Shown: piece by piece, positions 57,371-64,000 of the stretch
Layout of the letters: the number at the start of each line of letters is the position of its first letter
Numbering within the stretch: position 1 is the first letter of the stretch
DNA from: Tepidisphaera sp.
GTDB taxonomy: Bacteria > Planctomycetota > Phycisphaerae > Phycisphaerales > UBA1924
Direction: 5' to 3'
DNA: 64,000 bases
Assembly (NCBI GenBank): GCA_050916045.1
Contig: CP051526.1
Coordinates: forward strand, 3,776,001-3,840,000
Made by a program: the position numbers and the translations under genes
The notes under the pieces: generated by a model
Told to the model about the DNA's origin: nothing
The model's database searches: none
What the model saw: the letters and a program-made list of their open reading frames with translations, nothing else

Positions 57371-57437
57371 CGCCCCATCGTACAGACCGAGGCCCGATCG
57401 TCTCATCACGACACCTCCGCTGAAGCTCGCTCGCCAG

Positions 57438-57456
57438 TATAATGCAAGCGCTTTCA
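57438..57456 (+). promoter_or_regulatory. -10 box (TATAAT) with overlapping LacI-type operator 1
   Basis: TATAAT 57438-57443 runs into TGCAAGCGCTTTCA 57443-57456. Confidence 0.8.
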
Positions 57457-57486
57457 TTCCGTTTCCCCTTTTCGCGGGATCCATCC

Positions 57487-59007
57487 ATGCCACACCTCCG
57501 GACCTGTTCCGCCGCGTTCCTCCTCACCTTTGCTTCCGGCTGCGCTCGCTCTCCGGCAACGCCCGAGCCCACCATCGGCACCTCTCCGATTCCGGCCATC
57601 CAAGCCGCTGAGGGCACAGCACGTCCGCCCTTCCGTTTCTCCGCCCAGGACGACGTTCTCCTCGACGAGATCACCCGAGGAGCCTTCAACTTCCTCTGGA
57701 AAGAGGTCAACGCCACCGGCATGGTGCCCGACCGCTCAAGCAAGCCGGAAGTCGTGTCCGTCGCGGGACTTGGCTTTCAGATCAGCGCCTTCTGCATCGG
57801 CGTCGAACGCGGCTGGGTCACCCGCCAAGCCGCCTACGACCGCACCCTCCGCATCGTCAAAGCCCTCGCCGCCCAGACATCCAACCGCAAGGACGGAATG
57901 TTCTACCACTTCATCAGCGGCGAAGACGGCGGCTTCCCCAAGAACACGCCTGAAGACGCCGTCAGCACCATCGACTCCGCGCTCCTCTTTGCCGGGCTTC
58001 TGACCGCAAGCCAGTACTTCGGAGGGGAAGTCAAAACCATCAGCGAAGCCATCGTCGCCGAAGCCAACTGGAACGCTTACGTCCTTCAGGAACAAGCTCC
58101 CGACTACGAACGCGGGGTCATCGCCCTGGCCTGGGCCCCCGAAGACCCGAAAAACCCCACAGGTCCAGGGAAACTCAAGCCTTACGGCTGGGTCGACGCC
58201 GGCGATGAGCACCGCCTCGTCACCTTCTTCGCCGTCGCCGCGCCCAACCCCAAGCACCGCGTCGACCCCTCCATGTACTACCGCCTCCGACGCCCCCTCG
58301 GCACCCACAACAACGTGCCGATGGTCTACCTGCCCTGGTCCGGCGCTCACTTCGTCAACCTCTTCGCCCACTGCTGGATCGACTACGCCGGCATGCCCGC
58401 CGATAACCCCCAAGCTTTCAACCAAGCCAACCGGGCCCGCGTCGACTGGTGGGAGAACGGCCGCCGCCAGACCATCCTCCACCGCGACAAAGCCATCGTC
58501 GCCGCGGGCAAGTTCCCCAACCTCGGCCCCGACTCCTGGGGCCTGACCGCAAGCGACTGCCCCTCCGGCTACTGCGTCCCCGGCGTCTACCCCACGCCGC
58601 TGCGCCTGCCGGTGGAACGTCCGCAGTGGGACCACCCCACCTTCGAACCCAAGGACGACTTCGGCGATGGCACCATAAGTCCTTATGGAGCAGTCTCTTC
58701 CGTCGTCTTTGAGCCCGCGCTGGCCCTTTCGGCCGCCCGGCACATGCGGGGGCTGAAGATCCCCGGCCCGCGACCCGTCTGGGACGACCCGGCCAAGGGC
58801 GGCTTCGGGTTCGCCGACGCGTACAACGCCCCGAAGGGATGGGTGGCGGAAGACCATCTGGCGATCGATCAGGGCCCGATGGCGGTGCTCATCGAGAACG
58901 CGCGCACGGGTTTGCTTTGGCGGATCTTCTCCGCGCATCCGTGGGTCTCGGCGGGCTCCGAGCGGCTGGGCTGGCCTTCTGTAAAGGATCGGCTTAAGGC
59001 CCGATAA
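57487..59007 (+). CDS. Glycoamylase-domain lipoprotein, GH144-like (putative endo-beta-1,2-glucanase)
   Basis: Lipobox ASGC; GMVPDR, SVAGLGF..IGVERGW, GMFYHF, STIDSALL, WGLTASD, GFADAYN, LAIDQGP..IENARTG. Confidence 0.8.
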   Translation: MPHLRTCSAAFLLTFASGCARSPATPEPTIGTSPIPAIQAAEGTARPPFRFSAQDDVLLDEITRGAFNFLWKEVNATGMVPDRSSKPEVVSVAGLGFQISAFCIGVERGWVTRQAAYDRTLRIVKALAAQTSNRKDGMFYHFISGEDGGFPKNTPEDAVSTIDSALLFAGLLTASQYFGGEVKTISEAIVAEANWNAYVLQEQAPDYERGVIALAWAPEDPKNPTGPGKLKPYGWVDAGDEHRLVTFFAVAAPNPKHRVDPSMYYRLRRPLGTHNNVPMVYLPWSGAHFVNLFAHCWIDYAGMPADNPQAFNQANRARVDWWENGRRQTILHRDKAIVAAGKFPNLGPDSWGLTASDCPSGYCVPGVYPTPLRLPVERPQWDHPTFEPKDDFGDGTISPYGAVSSVVFEPALALSAARHMRGLKIPGPRPVWDDPAKGGFGFADAYNAPKGWVAEDHLAIDQGPMAVLIENARTGLLWRIFSAHPWVSAGSERLGWPSVKDRLKAR

Positions 59008-59061
59008 CTCTGAACCGACCCTTGTGCGAATCTGAATCTGGCGATGGAGGCGAAAAGGCGC

Positions 59062-59104
59062 TTGACACGATCTTGAGAGTCATTATGCTGAAAGCGCTTT
59101 CAGC
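59062..59104 (+). promoter_or_regulatory. Sigma70 promoter with perfect palindromic LacI-type operator 2
   Basis: TTGACA 59062-59067, 16-nt spacer, TATGCT 59084-59089; GCTGAAAGCGCTTTCAGC 59087-59104. Confidence 0.85.
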
Positions 59105-59174
59105 GTTGTTGCCGGAAGCGTGAGAGAGACAGAGAGGGTTGTCCGCTTTCGAGCGGACGAGAAGGAGATTTGTG

Positions 59175-59999
59175 ATGAAGTCGATTCTGATGCTGATGGC
59201 GGTGGGCGGTCTCGCGGCGAGCGCCGTCGCGCAGGATATCTCTCAGGTCAACGGGTACTACACCCAGACCCGCGTGTTCAACGATTTCGCGGGGACCAGC
59301 CTGTTGGTGAACGGCAACCCCGAGGCCACCCCGGGCGTTGCGAACACGTTCGCGACAGCGGGCTCGGGCTCGATGCGGTTCCAGGAGCAGTTCTCTGCGT
59401 TCGAGCAGGGCAACTTCGCCAACAAGCACCTCGCGTACCTCTCGACCGACGGCGGCGCCTCTGCTCTGGGCCTCAGCCACGTTCAGTCCTGGTCCATCGA
59501 GATGAACATCTCGATCAGCGCTCCGGGCACCGGCCCCCGCAAGGAAGCCGGCATCCGCTTCGAGAACCCCCGTCCGAGCCTCGGGTTCGTGGATGAGGGT
59601 CTGGTCCTCGTCGCTTCCGACGGCGAAGTCGCGGTCTTCGGCGCTTCCATGCCGTTCTCCGGCCTGGGCCCGATCTACACGCTGAACACGACGGCCCGCC
59701 TGAAGTTTGAGTTCTTCGCTCCCGGCGAGATCGACGCCAAGGGCGCGTACCGCGTGACGTTCACCGACGCGGTGACGGGCGTGCACTCCACGGGCATCAA
59801 GATCTGGGGCAACGAGTCTGACGGCACGGCCGGCTTCAACTACGGCACCAAGGTCGCTCTGGTCGCTCAGAACCAGCGCAACCCGCTCATCGCCGACTCG
59901 TCCGACATCAACTACAGCGATATCCAGATCATCCCCGCTCCGGGCGCCATGGCGCTCATGGGCGCGGCGGGTCTGCTCGCGGCGCGTCGTCGCCGCTGA
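59175..59999 (+). CDS. Exported PEP-CTERM-type (IPAPG) protein
   Basis: AAGGAG RBS; signal MKSILMLMAVGGLAASAVAQ; tail IPAPGAMALMGAAGLLAARRRR. Confidence 0.85.
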   Translation: MKSILMLMAVGGLAASAVAQDISQVNGYYTQTRVFNDFAGTSLLVNGNPEATPGVANTFATAGSGSMRFQEQFSAFEQGNFANKHLAYLSTDGGASALGLSHVQSWSIEMNISISAPGTGPRKEAGIRFENPRPSLGFVDEGLVLVASDGEVAVFGASMPFSGLGPIYTLNTTARLKFEFFAPGEIDAKGAYRVTFTDAVTGVHSTGIKIWGNESDGTAGFNYGTKVALVAQNQRNPLIADSSDINYSDIQIIPAPGAMALMGAAGLLAARRRR

Positions 60000-60020
60000 T
60001 TCCTCGTTCACAATCCCCTC

Positions 60021-60050
60021 GCGCCGGCCAAAGCCGGCGCCAGGGTTTCT
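60021..60050 (+). terminator. Hairpin after the PEP-CTERM gene (weak terminator or mRNA stabiliser)
   Basis: GCGCCGGC-CAAA-GCCGGCGC followed by CAGGGTTTCT. Confidence 0.45.
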
Positions 60051-60140
60051 CGGGTGGGACACTTCTGGAATCGGCCGGACTCCGAGGGCGGAGCCGGCTC
60101 CGCGGGTCATGCGGACACGCGGCTTTCGTCAGGATGCGCG

Positions 60141-62609
60141 ATGCTGGGAAATCGATACGGCGAGTTTGACGGGTCGGGCAAGGTGTTCCGGATCACTGAC
60201 GCGAACACCCCGATGCCGTGGGTCAATGTCATCTGCAACGGTCGCTTCGGCGTGACCATCAGCCAGAACGGCGGCGGGTTTTCGTTCTACGACGATGCTC
60301 AGCACAACGTGCTGACGCGCTGGGACATGGACCTGGTCCGCGACTGTTCGGGCAAGTTCCTCTACGCCTACGACGCCGAGGAAGGCACCCTCTGGTCCCT
60401 GGCTCCGGCGCCCTGCCGCGCCGAGTACTCCCACTACGAGTGCTCCCACACGATGGGCTCCACCGAGTTCATCACCGAGCACGCGGGTATCCGGTCCTCC
60501 TGGACCATCACCGTCGCCCCCGAGGACGCGGTTGAGCTCTGGCTCGTCAAGCTCACCAACCGTTCGGACCGCCCGCGGCGGATCCGCATTTCGTCGTACC
60601 TCGAGTGGTGCTGCGGCGTCGCTCCGGACATCAAGCGCGAGTTCCACAAGCTCTTCTTCACGACCAAGCACGATGCGTCTCGCAACGCCGCGGTCGCGAC
60701 CAAGAACATGTGGGACATCCCCAACAAGTCCGAGAAGGACCACTGGAACCGCGCCTGGCCCTACGTCGCCGCGCACGCCTTCGCCGGCGTCACCCTCGAG
60801 AACACGCACGCCATCGGCGACAAAGCCGCATTCCTGGGCCGTTACGGCTCGACCGAGTCTCCCGCCGCGATGACGCGTCCCGCGGACAAGGGCACGGTGA
60901 CCGGCTTTGGCAGGTTCGCCGACCCCGTCGCCGCTCTCGGCGGCGAGATCACGATCCCCGCTCGCGGAACCGTCTCCCTCCACTACATCCTCGCGATTGC
61001 GCCCACCGAAGCCGAAACACTGAACCTCATCGACAAGTACCGCGAACCCGCCGCCGCCGCAGACGCACTGAAAGCCGCGGGCGGGATGTGGAACAAGCTT
61101 CTGGGTCACACCAGCGTCTCGACCGAGCGCGAGGACTTTGACCTTCTCAACAACCACTGGCTGCCGTACCAGGCGATCAGCGGCCGCATGTGGGGCCGCA
61201 CCGGGTACTACCAGCAGTCCGGCGCTCGCGGCTTCCGCGATCAGCTTCAGGACAGCCAGGTCTGGCTCCCCATCGAACCGCGCCGCACCGCCGACCAGAT
61301 CATGCTCCACGCGACGCGGCAGTTCGCGGACGGAAGCGTGAACCACTGGTGGCACGCGCTCGCCGATTTCGGCAATCACACCGCGTGCAGCGACGACTAC
61401 CTCTGGCTCCCGTTCCTCGTGTCTCAGTACATCAAGGAAACCGGAGACGTCGGCATCCTCTCTCGGACCGCTCCGTTCATGGACGATCCGAAGGTCTCCA
61501 CGATCCTCGATCACTGTCAGCGGGCGATCGCCCGAAGCTTCGATCGCACCAGCGACCGCGGCTTGCCGCTCATCGGAAGCTGCGACTGGAACGACGGCTT
61601 GTCTGCGCTCGGCCTTGAAGGCAAGGGTGAAAGCGTGTGGCTCGGCCTTTTCCTCTGCCAGATCCTCGCGGATTGGGAGATCATCCTGTCGCGCGCGGGC
61701 CAGCAGGACCTGAGCGCCACCTACGCCAAGCACCGCGTGGCGTACGCCAACGCGATCAACACGCAAGCTTGGGACGGCGCGTGGTACCGCTGCGCGACCA
61801 AGGACAGCGGCGAGTGGCTCGGCGCAGACGCGTCCCGCGAGGGCAAGATCCACCTCAACCCGCAGACATGGGCCATCCTGACCGGCGTCGCCCCCGCGGA
61901 TCGCGCGGCTTTGGCGTGGAACGCGGTCAAGGACAAGCTTGTCACGCCGTATGGCCCCCTTCTGCTTTCGCCGGCGTACACGATCCCCGATCCGGATATC
62001 GGTTACATCACGCGGTATTCGCCGGGAAGCCGCGAGAACGGCGGCGTGTACATGCACGCGGCGACGTGGGCGCTCGCCGCGGCTTGCAAGATGAAAGACG
62101 TGGCGGCGGCTGGCAAGATCTGGAACAGCATCTCTCCCGCACTCCGCGGCAAAGACGCGGACGGGTACGCGGCCGAGCCCTACGTGACGCCCGGCAACGT
62201 CGACGGCCCGCTTTCCGAAACGCCGGGCCGTGCGGGTTGGACCTGGTACACCGGTTCGGCGGCGTGGCTGAATCGCGTGAGCCTGGAGTGGATCCTTGGC
62301 ATCCGCCCGGTGTGGACCGCCGAGAGCGAAGGGCTTTCGATCGATCCGTGCCCGCCGGCGGATCTGGGCAAGGTCTCGGTTCGAAGAGTCTGGAGAGGCA
62401 AAGCCATCCGCGTCAGCTTTGACGCGAAGGACTTTGCAAATGGAGGTCCGGCGAAGCTCGTTGTGGACGGCAAGCCGATCGTGGGGTGCGTTCTGCCTGC
62501 GGCGATGGTGTCGCAGGCGGGTGCTGAGGTTCAGGTCGAGGTGAAATGGGGCGCACTCGCGCCGAGCTTCACCGAGACCAAAATGACACAGCCCGGGAGG
62601 GTTGGCTGA
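60141..62609 (+). CDS. GH94 glycoside phosphorylase
   Basis: TPMPWVNVI, YYQQSGARGFRDQLQD, SDDYLWL, DWNDGL, GESVWL, RENGGVYMHA, WYTGSAAW; no signal peptide. Confidence 0.92.
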   Translation: MLGNRYGEFDGSGKVFRITDANTPMPWVNVICNGRFGVTISQNGGGFSFYDDAQHNVLTRWDMDLVRDCSGKFLYAYDAEEGTLWSLAPAPCRAEYSHYECSHTMGSTEFITEHAGIRSSWTITVAPEDAVELWLVKLTNRSDRPRRIRISSYLEWCCGVAPDIKREFHKLFFTTKHDASRNAAVATKNMWDIPNKSEKDHWNRAWPYVAAHAFAGVTLENTHAIGDKAAFLGRYGSTESPAAMTRPADKGTVTGFGRFADPVAALGGEITIPARGTVSLHYILAIAPTEAETLNLIDKYREPAAAADALKAAGGMWNKLLGHTSVSTEREDFDLLNNHWLPYQAISGRMWGRTGYYQQSGARGFRDQLQDSQVWLPIEPRRTADQIMLHATRQFADGSVNHWWHALADFGNHTACSDDYLWLPFLVSQYIKETGDVGILSRTAPFMDDPKVSTILDHCQRAIARSFDRTSDRGLPLIGSCDWNDGLSALGLEGKGESVWLGLFLCQILADWEIILSRAGQQDLSATYAKHRVAYANAINTQAWDGAWYRCATKDSGEWLGADASREGKIHLNPQTWAILTGVAPADRAALAWNAVKDKLVTPYGPLLLSPAYTIPDPDIGYITRYSPGSRENGGVYMHAATWALAAACKMKDVAAAGKIWNSISPALRGKDADGYAAEPYVTPGNVDGPLSETPGRAGWTWYTGSAAWLNRVSLEWILGIRPVWTAESEGLSIDPCPPADLGKVSVRRVWRGKAIRVSFDAKDFANGGPAKLVVDGKPIVGCVLPAAMVSQAGAEVQVEVKWGALAPSFTETKMTQPGRVG

Positions 62610-63401
62610 ATGAAATCCAGAATTCACAAGAGTGGCCGTGCCTTCACGCTGATCGAGTTATTGGTCGTGATCGCGATCATCGCGACGCTGATCAGCCTGC
62701 TTCTTCCCTCGCTCGGCAACGCTCGCAAAGCGGCTCGCAACGTCATCTGCCAAAGCAACCTGAGGCAGTTCGGGATCGCGATCCAGAACTACCTCGACGA
62801 TCAGAAGGATCCGGTCTTCATGGACCTGATGATCGCGCCGCCTCCGATCCCCGAGGCGCAGCGGCCCCCGTACGGCTCGATCTTCTGGCAGGTCAGCGCC
62901 GTCTTCTACCTGCGTCCGTACCTCGGCGGCACCGAGAGCAACAAGCCCTTCACCTGCCCCTCGGCCGAAGGTGACACCAGCGTCCGCACCCAGGAAATGG
63001 CCGCGTACCTGGGTCGTCGCGTCTTCTCGCTTCCATTCCCCGAGGTCGTCGTGAACGGTGCGGAAGCCACGACCTTCAGCGAGTACTGGTTCAACGACTC
63101 GATCGCCACGCAGACCTCGGGTGTCTCCGGCCGCCGCGTCCGCGTCGTCAAGCACCCCGAGCAGGTCGTCTGGGCGACCGACGCCCTCGATGAGTTCCCG
63201 CGCCACTCCACGAAGCGTCAACAGGGCAACGCCCTCAACATCGACGGCGCCTTCTTCGACAACCTCGCGAACAACTTTCTGTTCGGCGACCAAAGCGTGA
63301 AGATTCTGCGTCGCTTTGAGTACCGCCCGCAGGAAGCACGCGATCGGTACGGCGCTCCGGGCCCGTTCTACAACTGGGGCCACTTCTACCCCGGGCAGTA
63401 A
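62610..63401 (+). CDS. Prepilin-type N-terminal cleavage/methylation protein (DUF1559-like)
   Basis: [46 protein letters not shown]-terminal RH...NFLFGDQSV (variant of the NxxFxDG motif); ATG directly follows the GH94 stop. Confidence 0.9.
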   Translation: MKSRIHKSGRAFTLIELLVVIAIIATLISLLLPSLGNARKAARNVICQSNLRQFGIAIQNYLDDQKDPVFMDLMIAPPPIPEAQRPPYGSIFWQVSAVFYLRPYLGGTESNKPFTCPSAEGDTSVRTQEMAAYLGRRVFSLPFPEVVVNGAEATTFSEYWFNDSIATQTSGVSGRRVRVVKHPEQVVWATDALDEFPRHSTKRQQGNALNIDGAFFDNLANNFLFGDQSVKILRRFEYRPQEARDRYGAPGPFYNWGHFYPGQ

Positions 63402-63446
63402 GGCGCGAAAGTCGGCGAGTCTTTCCCTTCAGATCAGGAGCATGCT

Positions 63447-63833
63447 TTGAATCTCCGTGAATCCCTCAACAAGAACCCGATGGTCGGGTGGGCCGTTGCC
63501 GGAGTGCTGCTGGTGGGCTCGGCCGCGTACTGGCTGACGGGCGGTTCGAGCGAAGGCCCGGTGCTGACAGACAAAGTGACCGTGCTCTTCACCGACACGG
63601 GCGAAGAGATCGAGATGCGCCGCGGCGAGCTTGAGATGCGACTGCTCGAGCGGGCCGGTCCCGTCGACCCCGCCCAGGGGATCATCAATCCCAAGACCCA
63701 GAAGCCGTCGGGCGTCATCCTGAACAAGGAGGACTGGGCGAAAACGGTCGAACGCCTCAACGCGATGAAGAAAGCCGCGGCGGCCCAGTCGGGCGCCGGG
63801 GGCAACGGGAATGCGGCTTCCACGAAGAAATGA
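63447..63833 (+). CDS. Small single-TM protein downstream of the prepilin
   Basis: AGGAG RBS 6 nt before TTG; TM helix VGWAVAGVLLVGSAAYWL. Confidence 0.7.
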   Translation: MNLRESLNKNPMVGWAVAGVLLVGSAAYWLTGGSSEGPVLTDKVTVLFTDTGEEIEMRRGELEMRLLERAGPVDPAQGIINPKTQKPSGVILNKEDWAKTVERLNAMKKAAAAQSGAGGNGNAASTKK

Positions 63834-63869
63834 TGGTCCGCGAACATTCGGTTTGGACGCAAGATTGTC

Positions 63870-63910
63870 TTGACACGGCCTCGAAAATCCCCACAATGAA
63901 AGCGCTTTCG
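63870..63910 (+). promoter_or_regulatory. Sigma70 promoter with LacI-type operator 3
   Basis: TTGACA 63870-63875, 16-nt spacer, CACAAT 63892-63897; TGAAAGCGCTTTCG 63897-63910. Confidence 0.8.
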
Positions 63911-63976
63911 GCTTCTATGTGCGAAGCCGGGGACCAAGCGCCGAAAGCAAGTCCCAGAGCAAATGGAGGTAGTCCC

Positions 63977-64000
63977 ATGATGAAGCAGATCGGTGCCCTT
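63977..64000 (+). CDS. Start of a truncated gene (MMKQIGAL...), probably a signal peptide
   Basis: GGAGGT RBS, then ATGATGAAG at the window edge, downstream of operator 3. Confidence 0.55.

Noticed and set aside
52802..64000. Genomic island integrated at tRNA-Ala carrying the glucan locus
   Set aside because: No integrase, no duplicated tRNA 3' end noticed in the window, and composition resembles the flanking core genes.

Overview
A high-GC bacterial window, most likely from a planctomycete of the Phycisphaerales. The evidence is GC-type dockerin-tailed proteins, xPAPG/xPTP PEP-CTERM variants, a DUF1559-like prepilin and expanded CxxCxYDL..CPEC zinc-ribbon proteins. About 58 genes can be supported. 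From left to right: (1) an operon of three SPFH (HflK/HflC-like) genes, an ABC ATPase, a permease and a conserved planctomycete protein, with a second permease transcribed divergently; (2) osmC-like, deoC, a hydrolase, rseP and redox genes; (3) a glycan-modification cluster and a deoxyhypusine-synthase-like gene; (4) a kynurenine pathway cluster with a KMO-KynB fusion, interrupted by a GxxExxY nuclease gene bracketed by a 38-bp inverted repeat; (5) PPi-type pfk, atpG, an ECF sigma/anti-sigma pair, rnc, rpmH, a SRAP protein with Pro in place of the catalytic Cys2, recG and tRNA-Ala(CGC); (6) a LacI-type beta-glucan locus (GH144-like, GH94, a large six-hairpin GH) with three visible operators, which contains a PEP-CTERM protein, a prepilin and a small membrane protein but no visible transporter. 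At least 16 genes have a TANNNT hexamer 5-6 nt before the start codon, suggesting widespread leaderless transcription. All family calls come from motif recognition by eye; no searches were run.
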